A DNA stretch of 63,985 bases, filler included, from Olpidium bornovanus S191 (GCA_017911155.1; 28 parts of 28 records of this genome joined end to end with filler, not necessarily neighbours in it); one strand, 5' to 3'; counted from the whole stretch's first letter, positions 1 to 12,177 are shown. A program made the numbers and translations. The notes: generated by a model from the letters alone, not told the origin.

Positions 1-182
1 CATGGCCAGCTTCCTCCCGACTGGCAAACAAAACAAAGAATTAGGAGAAGAATATCAGGCAGCAACTATAAGCTGAAGCGAAACGGAGGAACGTTTCAGG
101 TAAAGTGGAATGCCCAACGGAAGATGAGGCCATTTCAGCTTTCTTGGGGTAACCTGAGCAACGAAATAATGACTTCGCAGGG

Positions 183-1526
183 TTAAGGTACAGCATCCAG
201 CGCCCGGTTGAACCCGCCGCGCCTGAATTGACGAAAGCAGAACAGCGGTTAGTGAAGTCGGTGGCATTGTAAAGGGTGCGACCACAAGTAAAGCACGCCT
301 GTCGCTCACCTGTTCATGTACTGCCGGTATGTTCTGACTTTCTTAATGTTTACACCGCTCATGTCCACGCCAGGCACGTGCTTGCCCTGAGCAGATCCAA
401 ATGACGGTTAGCCACAAAAGCCACCCCGAAAAACCGAAGCTCCGCTTCAGGAATGTAAAAAAAGGGGCCAGCCAACCTTCGTGCTGGTGAATCCGCCGAA
501 GCCAAGCATGGCTACCATTTGCTGCTCCTCGTCCACCTCTCCTTCTTCCATCGCATTGTCCTCATCCCCATTACCATGAATCTCCTGTCGAGTCTCAGAC
601 GGGCCTCCGCCAGTCGAGCGGCCCTTCTCATTTCGGCGACGATCGTCCGCGTCGTGCCGCCGCTCCTCGTGCAAGTAGCTATCACGGGCGTGCGACCTAG
701 AGAGGTGGCTGCGGTCTCGGCGTTCCCTGTCGCGGTCCAGCGGGGATCTCGAACGCGAATGCCGCCGTGGTGGGCGATCCCTTCCGTACGGGGAGCGGCT
801 CCGGCCGCGCGTAGAAGGGGCCCAAGCGTGTCGCCGGTCTAAAACAAAGACCGTATGTCAGACACGAACAGAAAAAGGGATGCATATCAACGATGTCCGA
901 TAAACGGCTGCTAACCGCTGTCTAACTCGCGATAACCAGAGTTTGGGCTGCGGCCACGGTACCCTGCCGAGAAAACAACAGCGTCTGTTTAGAAACGGGT
1001 GGTTCGGGTATTTGCAGAAGTAGCAGCGGTCGCCAGCAGTCGCCAGCAGTCGCCGTTCACCTGCTCTAAATGGAGGTGAATACCTCCTGTCCCCGCGTGG
1101 CGGCGGCGAAGGCGAATATCCACGGAGTCTCCTCCCTCGGCCCCTGGAGGGCGACTGGGAGTGAGACGGTGACCGGGAGGGCGACCGTGACCGTTTCCGT
1201 GCGTCTATCCCGCGCGGCGGCCCGTCGTGGTAGTAGGAATTGTTCCTCCCTGCGCCCGAGGCAGGGGCATCAGCGTACGGCACGGGCGTCCTACCGTAGT
1301 GGTCGGGCAGCGGTCCTGACCGAGTGGGCGGCGAGGAAGGGGAACCCCGATACGGCTTTTCTCGTTTCGCGTCGCCCCTGCTCCTGCTCCTGTTCCTGCT
1401 CCTGTGTCTGCTACCACTTCTGCTCCCGCTCCTGCTGCCGCTCCTGCTCTCGCTCCTGCCCCCGTCTCCGTGGCGGCCGTGACCCCGCGGCGGCGGAGGC
1501 GGGCGCGGCTCCGGTGGCGCCGACAT
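183..1526 (-). CDS. SNRNP27: U4/U6.U5 tri-snRNP 27 kDa protein (RS-rich N-terminus, DUF1777 C-terminus); 4 exons, approx. 1526-1039, 839-477, 388-311, 222-183
   Basis: The spliced translation ends ...MVAMLGFGGFTSTK|GKHVPGVDMSGVNIKKVRTYRQYMNR|RGGFNRALDAVP*, the typical C-terminal signature of this protein. GT-AG junctions keep the frame and the N-terminus is RS-rich. Confidence 0.85.
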
Positions 1527-1909
1527 ATGCGCAGCCCTTTCGCCGGCGCTTTTCTTCCGCCCTGGGGACGCGGCCTGCCGCGCGAGGAGAGGAGAGAGGA
1601 AGGCGTTCTGGCGTTTCCCCCGAACGGCCGCGCCGGGCGCGCAGAAAAGTGCAGTTCGGAAAGTTTCCCCGCTTTTTTTTTTCCGTCTTTTTTGCATATA
1701 GTCTAGATTGCATATAGTCCGCGGTAATGCGATGCAGTCTTGAATTCCTTGAATTGCATTTCCTCAGGACCGCTTAACGTCTTCGTTATTCCAGGTGCCA
1801 AGCGACCTCTGCGCTTAGGGTCGGCACTGCGGCGTGCGAGTCAACCGCGAACTAAATCTGGGCATATCCAGATTGACTACTGCCGTGAAGTCCATTGTTT
1901 CCTGACATG

Positions 1910-2009
1910 NNNNNNNNNNNNNNNNNNNNNNNNNNNNNNNNNNNNNNNNNNNNTTAATTAATTAANNNNNNNNNNNNNNNNNNNNNNNNNNNNNNNNNNN
2001 NNNNNNNNN
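1910..2009. other. Artificial contig linker N44-TTAATTAATTAA-N44 (first of 27 identical linkers in the window)
   Basis: The same 100-nt spacer, with stop codons in all six frames, recurs at 3302, 5952, 12217, 15664, 17170 and onward to 62847. Confidence 0.98.
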
Positions 2010-2035
2010 CCAAGAACGGTGTGTGTGCGGGCCCA

Positions 2036-2154
2036 CCAGTGTGGTGGCGCCCGCAGTTAACGTGGGCTCACCAGGCGTAGGTGTGGGCGCACCAGGCGTG
2101 AGCTCACCAGGCGTGGGCTCACCAGACATGGGCTCACCAGTGTGGTGGCGCCCG
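2036..2154. repeat. About 5 degenerate 15-bp tandem units (CACCAGGCGTGGGCT) flanked by a direct repeat CCAGTGTGGTGGCGCCCG
   Basis: Seen directly in the sequence. Confidence 0.7.
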
Positions 2155-2559
2155 AGCCGTATTATCGGCGAATTTCCACCACGCTGTGGCTTTCAGAGTA
2201 TTTCCGAGCCCACGGTGTCGGCCCGGAAGAGCCTGACCTTGAGAAAAAGAGGGAGAAAACAGGGACAGCGGGGGCTTTTGCTGCAAGGCATCTGGCGGTG
2301 TCGGCTGGCCTCTCCCGTTGCCGTTTATGTGCACACCAAGGAGGGTTCGAAGGCACCTCGGAAAGAAGACTTGAAGAAACCTCTAAAGAGAACTCAGCTC
2401 ACACCGCCTCTCGCGTTCCTACCCGTACCGGACCCAAGGAGCTGCCGCCCTCCGCTGTGGGAGTCGCAGTCGCGAGCCGTCCTCCAGGTAAACGCGCACG
2501 AGCGGTATGGCTGTGTTTACTTCGCTATTCTATGGTAGCAAATCGGTAGAGGTGTGGAG

Positions 2560-3301
2560 CGGATTATGCGCAAGCTAGGCTATTATACGGGGGGGGGGGC
2601 AAAACGGGGGTGGGGCAGCCGAGGGAGGGCATATTGCCCTCTGACATCCCGCCCCCTCCACGATCCGAAGCCATGAAGGGTCGGGGATATGTAGGTACTG
2701 GTAGGAGGCGTTCTGACGGGCGTAACGGAAAAAATGGAGGGTAAGCAAGTGAGGGAAGCCTAACAGCATTCTCCCCTTCCGTGCGCGATGTCGACGGCCC
2801 GCCGTACTTTCGGCGCCTTGTTTGCCGTTTGCCGTGTGCTGGTTCCTGCTGGTCCAACTCCACCTCGCCCGACTTCACATCAAGGGGTTGTACACGAGGT
2901 CACGCATCGTCCACTCCCATCTGCCCCCGTCTTTGGGCTCGTTCGCCTTGGCGGGGTCCAGGTAGCGCTGCTCGCTGCGGTTAAAGGGGCTGCTATCTTC
3001 CTCGCGGAGCGCCGCCCCGAGGTCTGTCAGAGGGCGCTGACGTGTACGTTGCTCGGTGAAAGCGTTGACAATACGGCGATGCGCATGAATTGAGCGCGCT
3101 GTGGCGCCGGAAGGTACCCGCGATACCGATAGACCAGAAAAGAGAATGCTGCTGCAGCATTGGCCAAACGCCCCGCCCATCCCTCGCCGAGCGAGTCGAC
3201 GTGAGACTCGTGGGACAGCATGAGAATTGTCGACCAGTGGCGGCGTTCCAAACGCTTCAACATCTCCAGCTGTTCGTGGTTCCACAAAACAGTTTCGACG
3301 C
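2560..3301 (-). pseudogene. Possible highly degenerate retroelement pol/integrase relic
   Basis: Broken frames with weak resemblance to the Ty3 integrase zinc-binding region (ILMLSHESH, RWEWTMRDLV). Not a firm match. Confidence 0.25.
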
Positions 3302-3589
3302 NNNNNNNNNNNNNNNNNNNNNNNNNNNNNNNNNNNNNNNNNNNNTTAATTAATTAANNNNNNNNNNNNNNNNNNNNNNNNNNNNNNNNNNNNNNNNNNN
3401 NAAGCGAATGATGGGGCGTTGACAAGGAAGTGAACAAGTTCGCTGAATTAACGAGGAGGCGAGGCGAAATGCTGAAGAGGGGGCCGCTGGCGGCAGCGGG
3501 GAAATGACGCATCGGGTGCATGGGGGCAATTAAACACGTCCGGAAGACGGGGGAAACGCGTTTTGGAAACGAAGCAGATCCCACACTCC

Positions 3590-4505
3590 ACCCCGTAGAG
3601 TAGACTCGTAGACACCCGAACGCACACAGCAGAGCAGAACCGGCGGACCGCCCGGGGAGCTCGAGCTGAGAGAGAAAACAGAAAGAAAGAGAGAATTGGA
3701 ACCGCGTTTGTCCCCAGCGGATTATTTGATTTCTGCCTCGGAGAAGTCCTGGGGCTTAATGGCTGACTCTGCCTTTTTGATTAAAGTACAAATCTAGTAC
3801 AACAGGTGGCACTCCCGAGCAGGACATAGTCTATTCGAGGCAATTAAACGATGATGGGGGATGGACCACCGACAGTGCGGGCCAAGAACTGGGAGGCTAG
3901 AGCGGCTCAGGTCGATATGGAAAGCGAACACGACAATGAGGAATTTCAGGCGCGGTTGGACGAGGCGGCTGGGGCTGCCACGATTGGGGCGACAGAGGCA
4001 GTGTCACGTCAGACTACCTCGTGGATTTAGACGCTTTTACTGGAAGTGCAATGGCAAGCTGACCATAATAGGCAGATGGCGGAAATTCGGGCGGCGGCGA
4101 AGGATTCTCTCAAGAAGAGAGGGATATTTCGCCGGCGTAACATCACGGACTTCCTTCAAAAATTTGATCAATACTTGCAAAGCTTGCGACTGACGGATTC
4201 CGAGGCCTGCAAGGGCGTTCCTGCTCACTGTTGATCCCGATTATGAAGATCTGGCTGCCGAGGCCAGGCCAGTCGGTGACTGCTGGGGAACGTTGAAGGA
4301 GCGACTCTGCTCGAAGTTCAAGTTGTATGACAGGAGTCAAATGACAGAGGAAAAATTTAAGGAGTGGGTGCGATTGACGAAGGAGACTGATCCTGAGGAG
4401 ACTTTACAACTTTTTGATAAGAAATTGGCAGAGATGGACCAAGATGAGCACGCGATGTTCCCCAACAAAACCAAAATTCAAAGCGTTACCAACTCGGTGG
4501 GCTGA
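3590..4505 (+). mobile_element. Ty3/gypsy-type LTR retrotransposon remnant A: LTR 3' end at 3804 (...TACAACA), PBS, and frameshifted gag 4046-4505
   Basis: An LTR-like end is followed by a PBS. The gag reads AEIRAAAKD...NITDFLQKFDQYLQSLRLTD [1-nt frameshift near 4217] FLLTVDPDYED...WGTLKERL...TEEKFKEWV and aligns along its length with the gag at 5422. Confidence 0.75.
3807..3825 (+). promoter_or_regulatory. Primer-binding site TGGCACTCCCGAGCAGGAC (complement of a tRNA 3' end, probably tRNA-Arg)
   Basis: Starts with TGG (anti-CCA) 2 nt after an ...ACA LTR end and is nearly identical to the PBS at 5330. The tRNA identity is inferred. Confidence 0.7.
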
Positions 4506-4648
4506 GTCAATGTCTATCGCATTGTGTGGGGAAGGCGGTGAATATGTTAGGAACTGGGCGGTGGTCACGGCGACAGCGAGACGGCACGCGCGTGGGGCGC
4601 GAATGCGATTAGAAGAGCTACCTGTAGTGTTGTGGGTGGTGTGTCCGG

Positions 4649-5326
4649 TGTCGGCGCCCAAAATGGCCGCGGCGGACATTGGCCCCGCCTTCGATTACCT
4701 TAGCTTCGAACCTCGTTTCCCTCGATTCCCCTCCCGTTTCGTTTCCTTTGCATCGTTTCGTCTCTTTTGCATCGTTTCGTCTCTTTTGCATCGTTTTGCT
4801 CTTTTGCACCTTTGCTCCCTTGCATTATTTTGCTCGCTTGCGCCCGGCCTTTTACTTTGCTTACCGGGGTCACGTGCAGCGACGCCGTCCACTTGCTCGA
4901 AGTGTTTTGGTTTTGCCCCCCCTTTTTTTCTGCCGAACGCAAAACCTTCGGCATCGAACGCAGCGCGAACCACCCAACAAAAACAAAATCTACCATAGCC
5001 GCTTCGAAATAAACAAAGCCATCGGGCTTGTTCGAGCGCCGTATTTCCCCTCCTTCAGTCCCGTTCGAGCGGAGGCGTCGGCCGCCGCTACGGGTCGAGC
5101 AGCATCGGCTGCTCTCTGTTTTCCTTTCTTTCTCGTCCTCTCACGCGCAGCGCCGGCTGCGGAGGAGTTCGAGACCGCACCGTAAAGCTATCGACATCGT
5201 TCAGAGTGCGGCACGCAGGCCCGCTCATCGCTCGGGTCACCCAGAGCCCCCTGCAGGCCCGAAGCCGACCCTGCCTTCTCTGCCGCTCGAACTCGATCCG
5301 CTGCGACGTCGGCTTAACCGCCGACA
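4649..5326 (+). mobile_element. 5' LTR (678 bp) of gypsy element B
   Basis: Perfect 8-bp terminal inverted repeats TGTCGGCG (4649) and CGCCGACA (5319-5326). A PBS follows 3 nt later. Contains a 19-bp tandem repeat TTTTGCATCGTTTCGTCTC at about 4745-4810. Confidence 0.75.
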
Positions 5327-5329
5327 ATC

Positions 5330-5348
5330 TGGCGCTCCCGGGCAGGAG
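5330..5348 (+). promoter_or_regulatory. Primer-binding site TGGCGCTCCCGGGCAGGAG (tRNA-Arg-like)
   Basis: Lies directly after the LTR end and matches the PBS at 3807 at 16 of 19 positions. Confidence 0.7.
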
Positions 5349-5421
5349 TCGGCGAGACGACCGAGTGATTTGACGCGTGAGCAAGTTGACAGGTACGCGC
5401 GAGCGGGCAGACGGAGCAACC

Positions 5422-5951
5422 ATGGCAGACGTCAGTGTGCAGCAGCTCGTCGCGCAAATGCGGACCGCCGAAATACGAAGCGTGATCAACCAGTTCGTCG
5501 CCGCGGAAGGGCGCTTCGAGCGCAAGAACGTGGCGGAGTACCTCCGTCGTTTCGACGTCGCTGTCAAGTCCCTCCGCCTCACGGACGCGGAGGTGGCAGC
5601 GCAGTTTGTGCTAACGGTTCATGAAGACTTCGACGAGCAGGTGCGGGAAGTCACCGCGGGGAAGACCTGGGGCCGCGCAAAGGAAGATTTACGAGAAACG
5701 TTCCGCAGCTTCGACGAAACACGCGTGACCGTCGAGCGGTTCGTTGCGTGGATTGAGGGGCCGAAAGAGAAGGAGGACCCCGACGATATCCTGCGCAGTT
5801 TCGATCGGCGCTTTGGCTACCTCGATGCCACCGAGCGCGCTTACTTTGCAGAGAAAACGGTGTGGCTCCTGCGAGCGATGCCCGTCGTCATCCGCCGGGA
5901 GGCGGCAAAGGCGCTACGAGAAGGCGACGGCTTCACGTCTGACTGGGCCCG
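5422..5951 (+). CDS. Gag-like capsid protein of gypsy element B (open to the contig end)
   Basis: MADVSVQQLV...NVAEYLRRFD...TWGRAKEDLRETF; downstream of LTR+PBS and paralogous to 4046-4505. Confidence 0.7.
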
Positions 5952-6169
5952 NNNNNNNNNNNNNNNNNNNNNNNNNNNNNNNNNNNNNNNNNNNNTTAAT
6001 TAATTAANNNNNNNNNNNNNNNNNNNNNNNNNNNNNNNNNNNNNNNNNNNNAAAGATTTCTGGTTCCTAGGAAATGGTCGTCTTCCTGATTCGGGAGAAT
6101 TTTTGGTTTGCAGTCGAAGTGGCGGGGCCCTGTTTGTTGCGGCCGTTCGCTTTCTGATATCCCATACGC

Positions 6170-9100
6170 ATGCACTCGAACGCCGACTAAAAAAGTGCGC
6201 ACCAAGTCGGAGAGAGAAAGGGAAAGAAAGAGAGATGAGTCTCGTTCGTCGCGCAGCCGCGCCCGTCCGGATAGAAATTATGACCAAGATTTATATAACA
6301 GGCACGTCACGTCGCGCACCTTCCGAATCTCGAGACCGTCGTCGACCTTGTGCTTGAACGGTCCCATTTCGACCATGCGGATGAGCTCGGGCTGCGGCAG
6401 AAGAAACGGGAAACCAAAAAAAGCCGCCATGTTTTTGAGGGGGACGCAACAGCCGAAAGTGACCACACCATTGTATTTTTTTTTTCAGCACCATGGAGAG
6501 TCGGCAAAGCAAACCTTCACAATCGTCTCGTTGTACAGCAACGGGAGCAGATCGCGCAGAAGATCGTAGAGGAGATGAGGCTTGTTGTGCGCTGCCGAGT
6601 TCAGTGTGGAGAGGGCGAGCCGACGGACGTTCTGCAGCCGCGGCGAGAGGTTTGTTAACTCGTCCCGTGTAGAAGCACCACTAGCAGAAGACTCGGCCGC
6701 TTCCGAGGCGTACAGACCAAGTCGCTGTCTGTCAAGAGCGATAGGAATTCGATGATCAACGGGCGAAGAAGCTCATCATAGTCCACGCCCGTGTCGGTGA
6801 ACGTGTACTTGATGGCTGTGATGACCGTCGCACGAGTTTGAGCAGACGAGTCCTTGAGGCGAGACTGGCAAGAGGTTGCAGAGAAGGGTGAAGTCAGGGA
6901 ACCAGGTCCTCCCCTCTGTCATGCAGGCAGCGATAGACGGCACACGTTCAATCCAAGTGGCGACGTCCCCGACTCCATCTCACCGTCAGCTCCGGCAGGA
7001 ATTTGAATGGGTTTGTGAGAGTCAACTTTCCGAGGCACTCGGAAACCACATTTCGCGTCCCTTCCTCGGTGGAGTCGCAATTGTTGAACAGCAGGAGCCA
7101 TATCTCGTCGACGTAGGCCTCGAGCTCCTGTCTCCCTTCCAGCCGCGCCTCCTTCCGCGTGATGACTTCCTTGAGCGCGTGGAGGAGCAGATACTGACGC
7201 TTGGGCTGCGTCTTGATCTCCGATATGATGACGGGAAGGTACTTCGGGATGTTCCCAACAGCGATGTTCCCGAGCGCGAACGCGCTGGCGGACTTGACTT
7301 CTTCCAACGGCACTGTCAGCAGGTCGAGGATGTCATCGTACAGGGTGGCGTGCTGGGAAAGGTCGCTAAATGGTGCGGGTGGAAGGACGAACCGTTGGCG
7401 GCTGAATAAACGGAGGCGCCAGCATTCTCGCAGACAGTTTCATCAACGACCCCGGGACGTACAAATTCCGGCCAAGCTCTCCGAGCGTCATCAAAGTCAC
7501 GTATTTTACCGAGTTTGACAGGCTCGGCTCTCGAACATTGCGCGCCAGCGATTCCACCATACGGGCCCGATTTGCCGGTGAGTTGATGCAGAGGACGGCA
7601 ACGCACTGGGCAACGGCTGCATACGCCTGACACCGGAAACAAACGATTAAGATGAATCCCCACTTTCCCTCCCAAGCAAGAAATGAAAAAGGCTGAAAAG
7701 AAAACGAGCATCCGCGGATTTGCAACTACCTGCTTCGAGACCACCAGCTGGTCCTTATCGCCATCGGAAACGACCGGTTGAATGAGCTCGTCGCGCAGCT
7801 TGACAAAGTCCGCCTCGTTGGCGCGCACCATGACGGTGAACAGTTTGAGCAGGCTGCCCAGTGCCGAACCTTGGATCAGCGGGGATTGTACCAGCTGGAA
7901 CACGGACGGCAGGATACGCGAGTGGACATCCGCAAGGACGTTCGGGTTCGCCTCGATCATCGCAACGATGCTGTCCAAAGCGAGCGGCAGGAGGTGCAAA
8001 TCCGATTCGGAAACCAGCGGCTGCAGTTCTGTGATCAGGGCCGAATACTGCGCGGGCTTGATGGAGCGGCCGTACCTGCGGAGCAGAAAGGTGACGTCAA
8101 ACCGCGGTTATCGTCGCAGCCGAACTCGCTGAGTAAGCTTTGACTCCTACCGCCGAACAATGGCTTCCAGGCACAGCGCGCTGGATACGCGGAGGCCCCT
8201 GTGCGTCTTCCTCAACAGCGGGGCCACCTCGTCTACAGCTTCCAGCATCATCCCCTGGACCGGCTGTAGCTGACCGACATCCGCGTTGGCGATGAAACAT
8301 ATGGCCTTGACGGTGATAAGCCTGGTTACCTCGTTGCGCAACCGGTCAAGAAGGATTGGCACACATGTCTCCAGTTCAGCCGAGAGCATGTCGCCGCAAT
8401 GAGCGATGAGGGTGCCCAAGCAAGTGATGCTGCGCTCCTTGACCTCCTGGTCCGCATCAGCCGTGGACGCGATCGCGATGGTCGCGGAAAAGATCTCCTT
8501 TGCCAGCGGCACGAGCGAGGGGTCCATTGGTGCAGAAGATTTCGACCCGTTAGCAGACACCACGTTCTTGGCACTTTTCGGCATTTCAGGCCGAGGTTGC
8601 GGCGGGAGAGGCCTGATCGCCCGAACTAGCTCTGTGCACGCCAGGAGTGCTTCTGCGGTGATTTTGTAGAACTTGTCTCCGATCGCAACAGACACCAGGT
8701 GGCAGAACTTTGGAAGATGACCACAAAGGGCCGCCGGGGAATGCGACCAAAACAGCGCGCGGAGGAAAATCAACGTCTCGATTCTAAGATTAGAATTGGT
8801 TCCCGTTTGATGAATGCTTGAGGCCGGCCCGGCACTCAACGAAGCTTCTATGGCTGGAACAAGCAGATCAAGGTAGTTCTCCAGGCCGCCTCTCAAAACC
8901 GACACCAGCTCGCGCAGCAGAGTAAAGCCCGTTTGGCGCGTCGCAGTTGATTTTCCAACAAGCTGCTTAGCCAAGCTGCGGCACAGCTGTGGAAGTTGCC
9001 CTTTCAGAAGCGCTTTCAGGCTGCGATAAGGGGGAGACCTCGCGGTCAGAGGCGAGATTTACGATCATTCGCATCAAAACAGTCTAGCTCACCACCGACA

Positions 9101-11245
9101 TACCCGTCGTCAGTGTCCATCGAGTTGGTCTGCGCTCGCCGCCGTTTCCGGGAACCGTCGTCAATTTGGATGCTGTGAGTCGAAGAATAATCCAGGTCCA
9201 GAGAATCTCCGCCGTACACGTTTGTCATCCGAAGCAGCACGATATAAGTCTGCAGAATGCTGACGCGGACCGAATCCTCCCGTTCTTTGAATCGAGATAT
9301 GAGTGCCGGTGAAACTTCCCGGTACAGCTGGGCGAGTATTTCGTGACGGGTTCCGATGATGGCACTCAGTGTCCTGCTGGACGCTCGGCGGACTTTCCAA
9401 GACATGTCATCGTCGTCCGAATAGTCGCTGCGACGTTCGTCAGAGATATTTTCTGGAGATACTCACGGCTCTAGAGATTTGGGGGAGACCTACTCATTAT
9501 CCTCCGCATCTTCATCTTCCCCGCTTGTAGCCATGTCCTCGTCTTCCGACTCGCCGCTGGCGTCGTAATTGGGGTCGTATTGTAGGTACTCCAAACACAC
9601 TTTGATCACGGACGGGACGTGCGCAGTCATCTCCGTGGGACATCGCAGGACGAAAATTTCCAACGCAAGGAGACAATTTTCCCGCAACTCGTCGTCATCT
9701 TCGTGGGAATACTTCATTACAAGCGGAAGAACCTGAGGCAGGTACCGACCGACCCTGTGCGAGCTGAAGCGACTGGCGGTGGTGGACAGTGCGGTCGGAG
9801 TTTAATTTTCTTCTTCCCCCTGGCCCCCCCCCCCCCCCCCCCCCCCCCCCCACACACAATCGCGGGGTGACGACGGGAAACCTGGACCAACCTCATCGTC
9901 GCCACGCATTGAATGTAAGTTCGCAGTCGATCCGAAGAGCTGCCCGCTTTGTTGAGTTCCAAAATAATGCTTTGCAGCAGCTGATTGAACAGATCGTCTG
10001 AAATATGGACAACAAGGTGACCTGGATGATAAATGGACAGAGCAGGGAGGGATAAACAGCCAATCAGAACAAACGATCTGCCGACCGACCAAAAAAAAAC
10101 TCACCGATTGCGGTGGTGGCCCTTTTTCGTATCGCCGGCCGCGAGTTGGTCAGTGCCAGCTGAAGGGCGTTCTGGAGCTGCTGTTGTAATTGATGGGCCG
10201 ACGAAACCACGTTCCCAAATCGCGAAAGAGTTTCGCTGAGAGTGTCCAGCGCGTCCATTTGAACTTCATACGCCACGCCCTGTGATTATTCTCATTAGCA
10301 ACGACGGCGCACAGAAAGCTTGCGTTGCGACCGCTCAAGCTCCGCCCACATCCGCGGCAAAAACGCGGTCACCTTCTCCAACAGACCCAACAATCTCGGA
10401 ACCAGACGCTGCACGAGGTTTGCGGAAACTTGGGCCCCAGGTTGGACCTCCATGATCACAGTCTTTACGGCGATGTTGGCAATGTCACGGAGGCCCTCCT
10501 TCTTCTCGCTGGTCATATCACACAGCTGGTCCACGACACTGTATAGCTCAGCTTCGCGCAGCAATTTCACCATTGTTCCCAGACTGGTCACCAACACGTT
10601 GAGGGCGGAGAATGGCGGGAGCGGGGCGGGTGCGTGGGCCGGCGGCAGCGCAAAAAGACGCTCTCAAATTAGAAGACGCTTTGCCGTTTCTGCCAAGAGC
10701 CCGTTAAGGCAAAGTCGCAACCGATCCTAGTCCGTTCCGAGAGACGTTTTTGGCGGTCCACATGACGCGGCTGGAACGCGCAATGAAACAGCTCACCACT
10801 TGACTGCGAGGTTCTGAACTTCCCCGTTCTTGTCGTCCAAGAGCTTCAAGACCGCCGACACGAGCCTCCGCTGTGTTTGCTCGTCTAGCGAGGCGGACGC
10901 GCTGTTGAGCTCGTTTATGAGGTCGTTCGCCGCCATGAACCGGAAGTCTGTGTCCGGGTTGGACATCTGGAGCAGAGGCGGGCAAACAGAGCGCGGGCGT
11001 TCCGGGTCGTTTCAGACGCGGGGCGCAAGAGTACGCGCGGGGGGTGGCACGCCGGCAGTTCTCGCAGGGGTCACGCCGAAGTACGTTCCCGCGCCAAGCC
11101 ACGCGGCGCAACTCCGCGCATTACCGCGCGCTTCGCTTCCTCCGCCGAACGCTCTTTTTTTGTCTTCTTCTTCCGCGGCGCCACTTCGGGAAAGGGCTGG
11201 GGCGCTCACCTTCTCCAGCAGCGCGGTGAACGCGTAGGGATTCAT
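6170..11245 (-). CDS. CAND1: Cullin-associated NEDD8-dissociated protein 1 (TIP120), multi-exon, 3'-partial
   Basis: [12 protein letters not shown]|[16 protein letters not shown]...[16 protein letters not shown]|LG..., HEAT-repeat exons, and the C-terminal [23 protein letters not shown]|SAFECM motif. Canonical GT-AG introns. Confidence 0.95.
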
Positions 11246-11393
11246 GGCGGAGGCGTCGGGAACGGGGCCTTGCTCAAGAGGCGGCGGGTTTGGAGCAACG
11301 TTCGCTCCTTTCTTTTTTTTTTTTTTTCCTTCCTTCCTTCCCTCAGCTGCTTTCAGCGCGGGGGGATTTTGGGCCGGTCGGAATGAATGAATG

Positions 11394-11455
<62 letters not shown>

Positions 11456-11475
11456 TTTTCCCCCCCCCCCCCCCC

Positions 11476-11511
<36 letters not shown>

Positions 11512-11672
11512 CTCCCCCCGCCCGCCGCCTTTCCGCTCGCGCTCGCGCCAAAAAGAGAGAGCGAGAGCGAGAGAGCGAGAGCGAGAGAGAGAGAGGCGAT
11601 TGAGAGAGACGCCACACTTTCTCCAGCCCAGGCGGCCGGCGACGAAAGCAACAGAAGGAAAAAAAAAAAAAA
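11246..11672. promoter_or_regulatory. Compact divergent promoter region between CAND1 and URC4-like, with A58-T8-C16-G-T33 tracts and GA repeats
   Basis: Head-to-head ATGs 427 bp apart on one contig; the tracts are read directly. Tract lengths may be assembly-distorted. Confidence 0.55.
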
Positions 11673-12177
11673 ATGACCGTCGTCTGCGCCGAGGACGCCG
11701 CCGCCGCCGCCGCCTACCTCAGGACCCTGCCCGCCGTCAGGGAGCGCGCCGCCGCCGTCTACCGCCGCGCCCGCGCCGGCACCCTCGCCCACTTCCGCGC
11801 CGACCTCGCCGCCCTCGACCGCGTCGCCGCCTACGTGCGCGCCCTCGTCGACAGGGACTACCCCGCCGCCGGCCCCGACGGCGTGCCCCCGCACTCGCGC
11901 TGGCGCCACTTCCAGGCCGGCGGCGTCGACCGCGTCGCCGCCCTCCTCGCCCGGTGGCACCAGGCCGCCGGCGCGACGGAGCGCGCCCGCCGCGTCTTCG
12001 ACCTGTTCGTCGTCTCGGTGCTCCTGGACGCCGGCGCGGGCAGCGCCTGGAGGTACCGGGATCCGGGCACCGGGGAGACCTACGCCAGGAGCGAAGGCCT
12101 TGCCGTCGCGAGCCTGGAAATGTTTCGCAGCGGCCTGTTCTCGTCCGATCCGGCCGGCCAGCCGCACAAGGTCGACG
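11673..12177 (+). CDS. URC4: DUF1688 / Urc4-Urg3 family protein (uracil catabolism), first exon only
   Basis: YLRTLPAVRER...PPHSRWRHF...DLFVVSVLLDAGAG...RSEGLAVASLEMF..G.FSSD, ending at a GTAAGT donor at 12178. Confidence 0.88.

Noticed and set aside
2045-2075. tRNA-Lys-like PBS (TGGCGCCC...AACGTGGG)
   Set aside because: It is interrupted by an insertion, and no LTR end or gag is adjacent.
4628-4979. Alternative LTR bounds TGTTGTGGGTGG...CCACCCAACA
   Set aside because: No TSD and no PBS follow it. The 4649-5326 bounds have perfect TIRs and an adjacent PBS.
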